64,000 bases of DNA from a virus (Duplodnaviria > Caudoviricetes), in the IMG/VR virus record IMGVR_UViG_3300028833_000112, positions 1 to 64,000 of that record; one strand, 5' to 3'. Positions 47,922-57,953 of this stretch are shown piece after piece (position 1 is the first letter of the stretch; each line of letters starts with the position of its first letter). A program made the translations under genes and the position numbers. Below the pieces are notes generated by a model, which worked only from the letters and a program-made list of their open reading frames with translations, ran no database searches and had not been told where the DNA came from.

Positions 47922-48554
47922 ATGAAAATAATTGAACCATCGGCAACGCTCGTCGACGAAATTAACCCCGATGAAATTCTGCTCAAGCTGGAGACTTGCG
48001 GGCGCGTCTCTCATCAATCCAGTGGTCGCCCGTTGCACACTCGCGGAGCACAAGAACGCGCCGAAAGTTTTGTCCGTATGCTCATCAAGCGCGGGCACGA
48101 ATCCGTCCTTGAACACGTGTCGCTTGCCTTCCACATCATCTGCGACCGCGCTATCCAAAATGAACTCGTTCGTCACAGGCACGCAAGTTTTACGGTTGAG
48201 AGCACCCGCTACGTCAAATACGACGAGCTTGAAGTCATTGCGCCGCGTTGGCAAGAGCAAACTTTTCTTTATCGGAAATGGTATTCGCACATGTGCGAAG
48301 TTGAAGACACCTATAAGGATATGATTGAACATGGTGCACGCCCTGAAGATGCTCGCTCCGTTTTATCTAACTGTGTTAAGTCCGAGTTGTACATGGCTTG
48401 CAATTTAAGGGAGTGGAGACATATTTTGAAGTTGAGGACGGACAAGGCGGCTCATCCGCAAATGCGCCAAGTCATGAATCAAGTGCTTGCCGTGTTCAAA
48501 GAGAAATTGCCCGTCATTGTGGAGGATATTAATTATGATAGGTCAGCTTGGTGA
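47922..48554 (+). CDS. thyX: FAD-dependent thymidylate synthase
   Basis: GHESVLEH, ELVRHRHAS...STRY, EDARSVL, NLREWRH...R....AHPQMR. Confidence 0.95.
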   Translation: MKIIEPSATLVDEINPDEILLKLETCGRVSHQSSGRPLHTRGAQERAESFVRMLIKRGHESVLEHVSLAFHIICDRAIQNELVRHRHASFTVESTRYVKYDELEVIAPRWQEQTFLYRKWYSHMCEVEDTYKDMIEHGARPEDARSVLSNCVKSELYMACNLREWRHILKLRTDKAAHPQMRQVMNQVLAVFKEKLPVIVEDINYDRSAW

Positions 48555-49073
48555 CAAAGGTGAGTACCGTGAAATCTTGCGGGTCGACTTCACCGACGAA
48601 AAAGAATATCGAAAATTTGTCGATGATATTGCTCAATCAATCCTGTGCGATTTTAACTTCAATGAAGATTTGGAAGAAAATATCGCGCACGAAATAATCG
48701 AGCGGCATCTTACCACGTTGGCAGAAGCTTTGCTCGACAGCTTAATCGCCCAGCTGCCTGCTAATAAGGAGGGCAACGGAAATGAATGAAACTGATTTTA
48801 TGAGCGACATTTTGTTCGGCGACAAAGAAAAAATTTCCGACGCCTTGAAATCATACGTGGCGAGCGAAATGCAACCGCTCCTCGCGCTGACCACGGCAAT
48901 CGAAGCCCAGCTGAAACTTGAAACGCTGACAAATTTGCTGGTCGCCAAGGGTGTTATCGCTCAAAAGGAGATTGACGCCGCCAACGCCCTCGCCGAACAA
49001 TCGGAAGCCGGTTTGTTTGTCACCGAGATGACACAAAAATTAACTCACCTGTCTGATTTGATGAGGAAGAACG

Positions 49074-49748
49074 ATGAGAAATAATTTTCTGACCATCCCC
49101 GGCACCAACTACGAAATCAATTCCGAGCTCATCTGTCGCAACAAAAAGACCGGCTACGTGCTCAAGAAGCAGTTGGATAAAAACAAATCGTTCTACTACA
49201 GCTTGCGGCGGCTCGACCAGACTTTATTTTGCCGTTCGCCAAAATTTCTTCGTCGAATCGCTAAAGCCGCTGCCGAGAAGTCAACTTTCGAACCGATTTA
49301 CTCACTCGATTGTAAGTACGAAATTAACAAGCAGGGTGTCGTGCGGAATGTCGCGACCAAATTCGTCCTTAAAACAAAAGCAAACGGTAAATGCGTCTCG
49401 ATTCAGCTGAGTGCTCATAAATATATCAGCCGCGCCATCGCCGACCTGCTCTGGGAGGCTCACGGCAAAATTATCAAGCGACGTTTCAGACCCTGCCCGT
49501 GTTCAGCCGAGAGCAAAAGTGGGAAAAAATTTTTTGACAATCTGGCTCAGTGCGCACGCTTTTTGTCCCCGAAAGTTTTCTTGGCGGTTAGCACAATAAA
49601 AAATTATTTATGCTGCCGCAACTCGACTGTCGGCGGATGGAAGATTACTTACCTCAAGGCCACACCCGCCAGCCCACAGCTTGAAGCCCACGGGTTGAAT
49701 TGCGAGGCTCGCCGTATGAAAAAATTGGATAAGGAGTTGGGTTTATGA
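49074..49748 (+). CDS. Protein with two NUMOD4-like repeats, no evident HNH site
   Basis: IPGTNYEIN....RNKKT...LK and KYEINKQGVVRNVAT...LK. Confidence 0.5.
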   Translation: MRNNFLTIPGTNYEINSELICRNKKTGYVLKKQLDKNKSFYYSLRRLDQTLFCRSPKFLRRIAKAAAEKSTFEPIYSLDCKYEINKQGVVRNVATKFVLKTKANGKCVSIQLSAHKYISRAIADLLWEAHGKIIKRRFRPCPCSAESKSGKKFFDNLAQCARFLSPKVFLAVSTIKNYLCCRNSTVGGWKITYLKATPASPQLEAHGLNCEARRMKKLDKELGL

Positions 49749-50152
49749 TTTGTCCGCACTGCAAAAAATCTTTCGAGCAGACCGAAGCGCGTGAAATTTT
49801 CTGCTCCGAGTGCAACGAAGAAATTTATCGGCAGTTGCGAGCCAAACGCCTCAAGCACAAACTCCCGCCTGATGGTTACAGTCAATTCGTCGCTAAAAAA
49901 TTCGTCGGCTTTGATTGGGTGGAGGGCAACAGATTATATTATAACAACGGCAACGACGCCTTCTATCTGTCGTTTTGGATAATCAAAAATCCCCCTCGGC
50001 GCGGGCGGCTCATCGGCGAGGCTTGGGTTGACCCCGACCACATTTATCAATTCTGTCTAAGCGACCCGCCGTCTGAAGAAAATCACTACAACACTCGCGC
50101 TGCATTCAAAGATTTTTTGGAAGATAAAATTTTTCGCGTTAAGGAGTGGTGA
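49745..50152 (+). CDS. Zinc-finger hypothetical protein
   Basis: CPHC...FCSEC. Confidence 0.5.
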   Translation: MICPHCKKSFEQTEAREIFCSECNEEIYRQLRAKRLKHKLPPDGYSQFVAKKFVGFDWVEGNRLYYNNGNDAFYLSFWIIKNPPRRGRLIGEAWVDPDHIYQFCLSDPPSEENHYNTRAAFKDFLEDKIFRVKEW

Positions 50153-50160
50153 CTCTTAGA

Positions 50161-50190
50161 AAAAAATAACCGCCCGAAGGCGGTCTGAAT
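50161..50190. terminator. Terminator between convergent genes
   Basis: A-tract then ACCGCC-CGAA-GGCGGT. Confidence 0.65.
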
Positions 50191-50970
50191 TTAATCTTCC
50201 GCAATACCGAGCTGAAGAAATTTTCCACTCAGCTGTTTGGTGAACTTGTAACCGTCTGAACGAATTGTGCGCGAGTTTTGCAGGTCGTCGACAATCGTTT
50301 CGCCGAGACCCAACCCGCCATAAACGACGTCGGGGTCAGTGGTGTCCGAGAAGGTTTGAATCAGCAAATCATAAACCAACAGCGAGCCGGCGAAGATGTT
50401 AGGGTCTTGAATTGTTGTCCGCAGCGTTGCGCCCGTGACTCCATCGCCGACCGTCGCCACTATCAATTCCATTTGCCCGCCTTCAGCCATGGGATAAGTG
50501 ATGGTGTTGCCACGCTGTGAGCCAGTGCCCATCGCCGCAGTTCCGTATACACCGAACGCATTTGCGAGCCGTGTCATCCGCGATTCAAAATCAGATTTGA
50601 ATTCGGAAATTGTCAGGCGTCGAGCGGCACGTTCGGCTTCACGGGCGGCGCGTTGCTCCTCCAAGGCTTGTTGTTCGGCTTGGCGCGCGACGAGCGTTTC
50701 TTCCAAGTGGCGTTTGCTCTCCTCGGACTTGCGGCGACTCTCTTCGAGTTCGGCATCGCGCTTGGCGTTCAGCTCTGCGGGCGTCAGTTTTACTACTTCA
50801 GGTTGCTCGGCTTTCTGCTTGGTTTGACGCTCGTGAATTTCTTTTTGGACTTGAGCCATTTCACGGTCAGCTTCGTGTTTCCGCTCAACAGATACCAATA
50901 ATGACGCGAGTGCCACAACGACCACAGTAATTGTTATAGCAATTGTAATTCGTTGTTCTTTTTGACTCAT
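50191..50970 (-). CDS. Membrane-anchored coiled-coil protein
   Basis: ITIAITITVVVVALASLLV hydrophobic segment, coiled coil, globular C-domain. Confidence 0.7.
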   Translation of the reverse strand: MSQKEQRITIAITITVVVVALASLLVSVERKHEADREMAQVQKEIHERQTKQKAEQPEVVKLTPAELNAKRDAELEESRRKSEESKRHLEETLVARQAEQQALEEQRAAREAERAARRLTISEFKSDFESRMTRLANAFGVYGTAAMGTGSQRGNTITYPMAEGGQMELIVATVGDGVTGATLRTTIQDPNIFAGSLLVYDLLIQTFSDTTDPDVVYGGLGLGETIVDDLQNSRTIRSDGYKFTKQLSGKFLQLGIAED

Positions 50971-50983
50971 GTGGTCACCGCCT

Positions 50984-51631
50984 TCACGCCGTCGCTGCAG
51001 GCTGAGGAAGAGGCGCGGTTGGTGTTCTTGAATCCTTCCACGCTTCCAAAACCTTAAGCAAATTTGTCGTCTCACGGTCAAACGTCTGCGGGCGCGGCTC
51101 GTCACTCAATCCCAACAGATAATCGGTCGTGACGTTATATTCTTTTGCGAGCTTAAGAATTGACCTTACAGGCGGAGCCGCCTTCCCATACTCATAATAC
51201 TGATATGCTTGGCTTGTAATACCGAGTAATGACGCAACATCTTTCTGCTGCAATTTAAAATCGCGCCGAAATCTTTTCAATGCTTCTCCTACAGTTAATT
51301 TCCCGGTCGTTTTGATAAACGCTACAAAATGCGGCTTATGACTTCGAACTTTAGGGGAGCAACTTTCGCCGCCATCGGATTGATTATAACCGTTGGGCAC
51401 TTTGCATTTGAGGACTTTAATCCAGAAACGCTCACGCTCTTTGGTTAGTTCAGGCGTCGCGCACTCTTCGACGACTTCAATCGTGAAGTTTTCGAGCCCG
51501 CATTTGCGCATGGCGTCACCGAGTGGCGTTTTGGCTGCGGCGTGCTGAAGAAATCTCTTTTCAAGCGGTTGCCGTGTCTGCCCGATGTACGGTTTGCCGT
51601 TGAGCCGATTCGTGATTTTGTAAATGACCAT
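50984..51631 (-). CDS. GIY-YIG nuclease - XRE HTH fusion
   Basis: VIYKITNRLNGKPYIGQT...R...E..E..WI.....NGYN; then LKRFR....QKDVA..LGI..QAY..YE...DYLLG. Confidence 0.85.
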   Translation of the reverse strand: MVIYKITNRLNGKPYIGQTRQPLEKRFLQHAAAKTPLGDAMRKCGLENFTIEVVEECATPELTKERERFWIKVLKCKVPNGYNQSDGGESCSPKVRSHKPHFVAFIKTTGKLTVGEALKRFRRDFKLQQKDVASLLGITSQAYQYYEYGKAAPPVRSILKLAKEYNVTTDYLLGLSDEPRPQTFDRETTNLLKVLEAWKDSRTPTAPLPQPAATA

Positions 51632-51956
51632 ATGTGCTTCCTCCGAGAATGCGGTCAACTTTTCCAAGGACTTGCCACAACGCGTCACGGCAATCAATCA
51701 TTTCCCCAGTCCACGAAGGGTCGGTGGTTCTGGGGCGCGGCTCATCGCTTAAACCCAACAAATAATCAGCAGAGACATTGAATTCGTTTGCCAAATTTAT
51801 AACAAGAGTAACCGACGGTGACATCTGGTCTTTCTCGTACTTAATATACATTTGTGGAGCCAGCCCGACTGCCGCAGCTACCTTGTTTTGCTTAAGCTTG
51901 AATGCCTCACGGAACCGTCTCAGATATTTCCCAATATATTTTCTTTCAGTTGCCAT
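51561..51956 (-). CDS. XRE-family HTH regulator
   Basis: LRRFR....QNKVAAAVG...YIKYE...FNVSADYLLGLSD. Confidence 0.8.
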   Translation of the reverse strand: MATERKYIGKYLRRFREAFKLKQNKVAAAVGLAPQMYIKYEKDQMSPSVTLVINLANEFNVSADYLLGLSDEPRPRTTDPSWTGEMIDCRDALWQVLGKVDRILGGSTYGHLQNHESAQRQTVHRADTATA

Positions 51957-52045
51957 TTAAAACACCTCCCTGTTTTCGCCAGTATACCACCAAACCAAAA
52001 GGTTTACAAGCAAAAAATTTTTTTCGCGAAAAGGGTTACAAAGGG

Positions 52046-52073
52046 TTGACAAGTTAAGAGAAAAGTGTATAAT
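52046..52073 (+). promoter_or_regulatory. Consensus sigma-70/A promoter
   Basis: TTGACA-16 bp-TATAAT, preceded by AAAGG(G/T)TTACAA direct repeats. Confidence 0.8.
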
Positions 52074-52162
52074 GTCGGCAGAAGTTAAGGAAAACGCAAA
52101 CACAAAGAACCCCACCGAAGGGGCGAAGGAAACCAAAAGAGATTCTGAGAGGAGAAACTAAA

Positions 52163-55084
52163 ATGAAAAACGCAACCACCAAAGCAGCGAAGGTCTTCAC
52201 GGAAGAGCAATTCCAGAACGGCGCAACCTTCACCATGACTGCGAAAGAAGCTATCGAGGCTATCGAGGCAACCGCCAACGACACCTTCAACTACGACTGG
52301 ACAATCAACGCCATGTACACCGATAACGACGGCGAACTGCAGATTGGCACCGAGCGCATTTTCGAACGCAACGACCAGAGCTTCAAAGGCGATTGGGTCA
52401 GCTACAAATTCGTCGAAGTGTGCGACGCCGACGGCAACCTCGTGGAAGTTAAAGTTATCCGCGGTATCAACGCCCGCACCTACATCACCATCAACATCGT
52501 TGCCGAGACCGAAGAGAACGTCGAAGTCGAAGAGACCACGACGGAGCAGGTCGCCGAAGTCAACACGATGAACGCGGTCGAAAAACTCGCCGAAATCAAA
52601 GCTGAGCAAGACAAAATCAACGACGCGCAAGTTTACTACTACACGACCAACCGCGGCAACGTCTACACCGCAAGATACGGCGAGACCGGAAGCACACCGC
52701 GCGGCAAATGGTACACCTGCCACGAGATTGCAGGCTTGAGCGAACAGAACGTTATCAGCCTCGCAACCGAAACCGAGAGCGGCGAATTCGTCAACATGCT
52801 CTGCAAATTCATCGCCACCGAAACCGACGGCTCCGAAGAGAACGCCGACACCAACGAAGTGTTCAGCCTTCTGCCCACGCTCGACGAAGTCGACGAAGAC
52901 GACGACACCGACGAACCCGAAATCCTCGACGCGGACAAATGGGTGAACCTCTACTTCTCGCCCGCACACGAGAAAAACGGCTCGACTTACGTGAAAATCG
53001 GCGACAACAAACTCAGCTTCAGCCGGCACGGACTTTATTCAATCACGGACGAACGTCACGGATTTGAGCTCAAGTTCAGCAACGGCAAGAAACTTTTCTA
53101 CACCACGGGGTTCCACACCGGCATAATGAATAGCTACCGCCACGTCATCAGCGCGAAGAAAGTTATTGAAACCTACATGAACCACGAACTCGCCGCCGAA
53201 CAGGAGAAAAACTTCCGTAACTTCTTCCTCACCGACGCCCGCAAAAACTCCACGGGTTTCTACAACGTCGTGACCACTGTGACCTTCGCGGACGACGTCG
53301 ACCACAATTACGGCGTGAACTTCGATAAATTCTCCGACGCCCAAGCCTTTGTCGAGGAAGTTAAAAATTTTGTCGGTAACGTCCCCGCCTACATTACTAT
53401 CCGCAGCCACCAAAATATTTACTACCACCGCACGCAGGACGGCTCCGAAACCTACAACGTCGACCCCGAACAGCTCAAATTGATTGACGAGTACGCGGTC
53501 AGCAAATCGGCTTTCAACGTCGCGGTCGAGGCCGAGGAAAAAGCGGCGGCAACCGTCGAATCGGAACCGACAGGCAAAATGAAATGGGCGGCTGAACTCC
53601 TCGACGACTACACTTACGAATTTGAGGGCGACTGGGAAGCAGGTAACGGCGGACTCGCGCGTCACTACAAACACTTCAACCGCGACGGCGAACACTGCGG
53701 CAAGGTCGTCGAAGTCTTCACTGACAAAACCAGCTTTATCCTCGACCACGTGAACATCGTCGACAAAAGTATCCGCACCTACTACTACATCAACGGCGAG
53801 AAGCTCAGCTACCTGAACGGCGAATTCAACTTCATCTGGAGTGACAAGTACAAAGCGGGCGTGAGCGTGGTCGGCGGCAGACACCTGCAGGTTGAAGTCC
53901 CTGACGGTCAGTGGAAGAAATACAAAAACTTCATGGTCGACGACGACGAATTCTTCCAAATCTTGAGTGAGCGCGGTGCCTGCTCCTTCGAGACCGAACC
54001 GCCCGAAATTCCCGCGACCGTTGCCCCTGTCGAAACTAACCTGACCGACAAGTACCAAGCGGCTCTCGAAGGAGTCTACGTCGAAGATGAGGCCGGTGAC
54101 TTCGTGCCCGCCGCAGGTATGACCAACGTCGCTACAGACAACCTTATGGTCTACCGCAAAGGCGACAGCGGATTCATGGAGGAAGACCCCGATAAATATG
54201 TTGAACTCCTCGACATGGAGGAAGAATTGGAGGATGTCATGATGGACAAAAAAATCGCTGAGGGAAATCACAAGCTTGACGAAGCCGGACTTGATACTGA
54301 AGTGTTCAGTCTCCTCCCCACGCTCGAAGAAACCGACGAGGATGACGAAACCGACGAACCCGAAATCCTCAATGCTGACATCTGGGTTAATATCAACCAC
54401 TCGCCCCAACAAGATTGCGCTTTCGTCACAGTCGGTACCGACGACCTTTACTTTGAAGGAGTCAAGCTTGTTAGCATTCTGAACGACGCGTACGACTTTC
54501 GCCTTAAATTCACGCCCTTCGGCAGAAAACAATTCAGCTACAGAGGCGAAATCATCAGCGCAAAGAAAGTTGCCGATATCTACATGAGTCAATTGGCGGC
54601 AAAGGAAGCTGCCGGTGAACTCAAGCTGCCACTCGTTGACTCCTTCACCGTCAAGCGCGACAGGCTGATTGCCGAACGTGACGCCGCCAATGCAAAACTC
54701 AAGAGAGCTGAGGAAGCTCTCAAAGCCGCGAAACTCGCCGCCTTTAACGCCGACGACGCTGCCATGAACTTCATGGAAGACGCGGTCGACGAATTGAGAG
54801 AACGAATTGACCTGCCCGATGAAGTCCTTGAAGTCAAAACCATGGAGGGTAACCTTGCTTATGTCAATGCCGAAAGCGTCTACGTGAACTTCGACGACAC
54901 CAAGTTCACTCTCCGCGGCGATTGCTCCGAACTCAACGGATTGACCCTCGGCACCTACGACACGCCCAAACAGGTTATGACCGCTGTCGAAAAATTCAAG
55001 GCGGCTATCGAGCGCGGCGATAAAAGATTTGACTTCAATCAAAAACCCGACGCGCAAAACTTCAACCAAGCACTCGTCGCGTAA
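52163..55084 (+). CDS. Large acidic multidomain early protein (973 aa)
   Basis: GAGGAG RBS; strongly C-ending codons; internal duplication EVFSLLPTL...DEPEIL.AD.WVN...ISAKKV. Confidence 0.85.
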   Translation: MKNATTKAAKVFTEEQFQNGATFTMTAKEAIEAIEATANDTFNYDWTINAMYTDNDGELQIGTERIFERNDQSFKGDWVSYKFVEVCDADGNLVEVKVIRGINARTYITINIVAETEENVEVEETTTEQVAEVNTMNAVEKLAEIKAEQDKINDAQVYYYTTNRGNVYTARYGETGSTPRGKWYTCHEIAGLSEQNVISLATETESGEFVNMLCKFIATETDGSEENADTNEVFSLLPTLDEVDEDDDTDEPEILDADKWVNLYFSPAHEKNGSTYVKIGDNKLSFSRHGLYSITDERHGFELKFSNGKKLFYTTGFHTGIMNSYRHVISAKKVIETYMNHELAAEQEKNFRNFFLTDARKNSTGFYNVVTTVTFADDVDHNYGVNFDKFSDAQAFVEEVKNFVGNVPAYITIRSHQNIYYHRTQDGSETYNVDPEQLKLIDEYAVSKSAFNVAVEAEEKAAATVESEPTGKMKWAAELLDDYTYEFEGDWEAGNGGLARHYKHFNRDGEHCGKVVEVFTDKTSFILDHVNIVDKSIRTYYYINGEKLSYLNGEFNFIWSDKYKAGVSVVGGRHLQVEVPDGQWKKYKNFMVDDDEFFQILSERGACSFETEPPEIPATVAPVETNLTDKYQAALEGVYVEDEAGDFVPAAGMTNVATDNLMVYRKGDSGFMEEDPDKYVELLDMEEELEDVMMDKKIAEGNHKLDEAGLDTEVFSLLPTLEETDEDDETDEPEILNADIWVNINHSPQQDCAFVTVGTDDLYFEGVKLVSILNDAYDFRLKFTPFGRKQFSYRGEIISAKKVADIYMSQLAAKEAAGELKLPLVDSFTVKRDRLIAERDAANAKLKRAEEALKAAKLAAFNADDAAMNFMEDAVDELRERIDLPDEVLEVKTMEGNLAYVNAESVYVNFDDTKFTLRGDCSELNGLTLGTYDTPKQVMTAVEKFKAAIERGDKRFDFNQKPDAQNFNQALVA

Positions 55085-55390
55085 TAACCTTTGCCACGCG
55101 GGGTGAGTATACTTGACTAAGCCGTTGACTCTCGCCCCGCTTTGAGCGAACATGACACCCGAAAGGAGGTGCCGCTAATGTTCGTTTGGTACGCTGACAG
55201 CGTTAAGAAGGAAGCCCGCGAGATTTACGCTCAGGTCAAAGTGCACGGCTGCAAAGCTTGCCCCCGCCGCGAGTGGTGCGAAAAGCGTTTCGAGGATTGC
55301 TACTTGAATATTCTTCGCGAGCTTCAAACCCGTTACGACTACAAAGTTGACCTGCAACAAAATTACGGAATTTACTGAGGAGGTCAGACC

Positions 55391-55687
55391 ATGCAAATCA
55401 ATTTCGACTACCACGGCTCGACCAGCCATCTTGGTGCCGAGGAGGTCGACGGGCTTATCAAAGGACTCGCCGCTTGCCTGCCCGAACGCCGCTATGAATT
55501 CTTCAGCGTCAATCGCGAATCGGTCGATGTCGCAGGCTCCTATGACGACGAAGACGGCTACGTTGATATCGCGACTGATATCGAGTGGACGCTCAGCAAT
55601 TACGACGTTGACTGGCAGGGCGGGCACGAGCCCGAAGACTCCGAGCCCGACTGGGACAGAATGCCCGGCGGTGTCGACTTCTACTAA
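55391..55687 (+). CDS. Small acidic protein
   Basis: GAGGAGG RBS; D/E-rich; EPDWDRMPGG. Confidence 0.65.
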   Translation: MQINFDYHGSTSHLGAEEVDGLIKGLAACLPERRYEFFSVNRESVDVAGSYDDEDGYVDIATDIEWTLSNYDVDWQGGHEPEDSEPDWDRMPGGVDFY

Positions 55688-55818
55688 AAAAATTAACGCC
55701 GACCGAAGCCGACGTGCTACAAAGAAACTATTCACATAAACCGCTTGAATTGTAACACGTCGGCGGATGACGCGCAAGGAAAATTTTCAAAGAGCTAGAA
55801 TAATCCAAGCGAGTATGT

Positions 55819-56037
55819 TCACGGCAGACGCGCGGGGTTACTCGACCGCCCAACCAAATAATCAATCGACACATTGAAAAAATTGGAGAGAGACAGCAAC
55901 ACATCGTAAGCAGGTTTTCGGGAACGTCGCTCATATCCTTTGATACCCTCGATACTGAGTCCCGCACCTTCAGCCAATTGTTTGCGAGTCAAGCCGTGAG
56001 TCTGTCTCAAAGAGTAAATTCTATCAGCGTAATCCAC
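55819..56037 (-). CDS. XRE-family HTH repressor
   Basis: RIYSLR...LTRKQLAE..G.S...IKGYE...KP....FNVSIDYLVGR; AGGAGG RBS. Confidence 0.85.
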   Translation of the reverse strand: MDYADRIYSLRQTHGLTRKQLAEGAGLSIEGIKGYERRSRKPAYDVLLSLSNFFNVSIDYLVGRSSNPARLP

Positions 56038-56273
56038 GGCAATCCCTCCTGAAAAGTTTTTGTTGACAGTTGCAAATGCGCCTGCTAATATACGCAAAGG
56101 TACAAACGCACAAGCGGCTGGTTCAAACCACGTAACCTGAAGCGAGAAGTACGACGCTCCCGGTAAAAGGCAATAAACATTCAAGAATTACCAAAGGAGA
56201 TAATTCTTGCTAAGTTGCGCAAAGTGTATCATGGATAACAATTTTTGTCAAAGAAAAATTTGGGAGGTCGACA

Positions 56274-57038
56274 ATGGACATTCAAATCTTTAAACACCCC
56301 GAATTCGGCGACGTGCGTGTCGCCAACAAGGACGGCGAGCCGCTGTTCGTTGGCAAGGACGTGGCAATCGCGCTGGGCTACTCGAATCCGCGCGACGCGT
56401 TGGCAAAACACGTGCCCGACAAATTCAAAAGGGTGTCGCAAATCGCGACCCCCGGCGGCAATCAGGATATGACGCTCATCACCGAGGCAGGCTTGTATAA
56501 GCTGGTCTTCGCGAGCAAGTTGCCCAAGGCGGTCGAGTTCTCGGATTGGACGTGCGAAAAAGTCATCCCGTCGATTCGCAAGCACGGCGTGTACATGACG
56601 GCGAAGACTGCCGAGGAGATTCTCTCCAATCCCGACTTTATTATCGAGTTGGCTCAGCAGGTCAAAGCGGCGCGCGCACAAATCGAGGTGCTCAATACTC
56701 AGGTCGCTGAACTGCAGACGCGGGCAAGCTACTGCGACGTGGTGCTCCAATGTAAGGAACTGGTCACGACGTCCGTTATCGCCAAAGATTACGGCTACAG
56801 TGCCAAGGCGTTCAATAAACTCCTTCACGAACTGGAAGTCCAATTTAAGCAGAGCGATATCTGGTTGCTTTATCAGAAATACGCCGCGCAAGGCTGGTCG
56901 CAAACCAAAACTCACGTCTACTACGATGATGAAGGCAAGCCGCACGGCAAACCCCACATGTATTGGACGCAAAAAGGGCGGCTCGGTCTCTACGAATTTC
57001 TCAAAGCCAACGGCATTTTGCCGCTGATTGAACAGTAA
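56274..57038 (+). CDS. Antirepressor (BRO-N plus ANT/KilA-C)
   Basis: FGDVR....EPLFVGKDVA..LGY...EAGLYKL...VIPSIRKHG; IAKDYG.SA..FN...WTQKG. Confidence 0.93.
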   Translation: MDIQIFKHPEFGDVRVANKDGEPLFVGKDVAIALGYSNPRDALAKHVPDKFKRVSQIATPGGNQDMTLITEAGLYKLVFASKLPKAVEFSDWTCEKVIPSIRKHGVYMTAKTAEEILSNPDFIIELAQQVKAARAQIEVLNTQVAELQTRASYCDVVLQCKELVTTSVIAKDYGYSAKAFNKLLHELEVQFKQSDIWLLYQKYAAQGWSQTKTHVYYDDEGKPHGKPHMYWTQKGRLGLYEFLKANGILPLIEQ

Positions 57039-57173
57039 AAAGTACTCCCAAAGTTTCATGTCAGCTCTCCTCTTTGAGGATAGCCCCTCTCTTCATAGCG
57101 GAGAGCTGAGATGAGTCTTTGGACACAAGTTCAAAGCGTTCTTTCAAAATTGAATATGGAAGGAGGTGACGAA

Positions 57174-57953
57174 GTGAAAATCAGTTTGATTGACTATTTC
57201 AAAGCGTTTCACCGTTACAGCAAAGAGCATGAGCTTTCGGCGAGTGCGCGAAGTCTGGGATTCAGCTTAATTGGCGAATTCAACGCGAGACTGTGGCCGA
57301 GGGAGTTGTGCTTTTCGGATAACGAGCTGGCGACTTTGTCAGGAGTCCGAACGAGAGAGACGATTCGCGACGCGAAAAATCTGCTCAAGGAATGCAAATG
57401 GATTAACTTCAGCCCCGGCAAAAATCGTAAGTCTGTCATCCAACTTTTACCCGACAACTTGGTAGACAACTTGGTAGACAACTTGGTAGACAACTTACCC
57501 GACAACTTACCCGACAACTTTGGGGCGGGCTCTATTAAACGCGCACGCGAAGACGCAAAAGACGTTAAGACAAATTTCATCCCCGTCACCGTCGCGGGCA
57601 CGCGCGAAGACTTGGATAAGGTGGAAGATTATTGGCGGGAGCTCGGCGGCGGTCGCTTGACGGTCGAGCACCTGTCGAAGCTTGAGGTTTGCCTTGACCG
57701 TCACGGATTTGATTGGGTCATGGCAGTGATGAAGGAAGCCGCTGACTCCAACGGCAGCCGATTCGGTGCAAGTCCCAAATACCTGTTCGCGGTCATCGCG
57801 GGTAAAGAAAAAGGCGGTGAACGTCGTGAGCAACCAAAACGCAGCGAGCAAACTCAACAACCGTTCGTCGTGCCCGATAACCCCGTCTACGTCCCGCCTG
57901 CTCTCCGAAACATTTTCCCGGCAGGAATTATCGGGAACACGGGCACGGCTTGA
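57174..57953 (+). CDS. Replication initiator (DnaD-like)
   Basis: N-terminal wHTH-like region, internal iterons, ..KYL..V C-domain; precedes helicase loader. Confidence 0.75.
   Translation: MKISLIDYFKAFHRYSKEHELSASARSLGFSLIGEFNARLWPRELCFSDNELATLSGVRTRETIRDAKNLLKECKWINFSPGKNRKSVIQLLPDNLVDNLVDNLVDNLPDNLPDNFGAGSIKRAREDAKDVKTNFIPVTVAGTREDLDKVEDYWRELGGGRLTVEHLSKLEVCLDRHGFDWVMAVMKEAADSNGSRFGASPKYLFAVIAGKEKGGERREQPKRSEQTQQPFVVPDNPVYVPPALRNIFPAGIIGNTGTA
57453..57520. repeat. Iteron-like repeats (probable origin)
   Basis: Six GACAACTT at 12-bp period, with GGTA x3 then ACCC x2 spacers. Confidence 0.85.

Noticed and set aside
53039-55153. 704-aa minus-strand ORF (and 52085-53029)
   Set aside because: Antisense shadow of the strongly codon-biased 973-aa gene; no RBS or recognisable motifs
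57453-57520. CRISPR-like array
   Set aside because: 12-bp period with no unique spacers, in frame within the initiator gene; fits iterons
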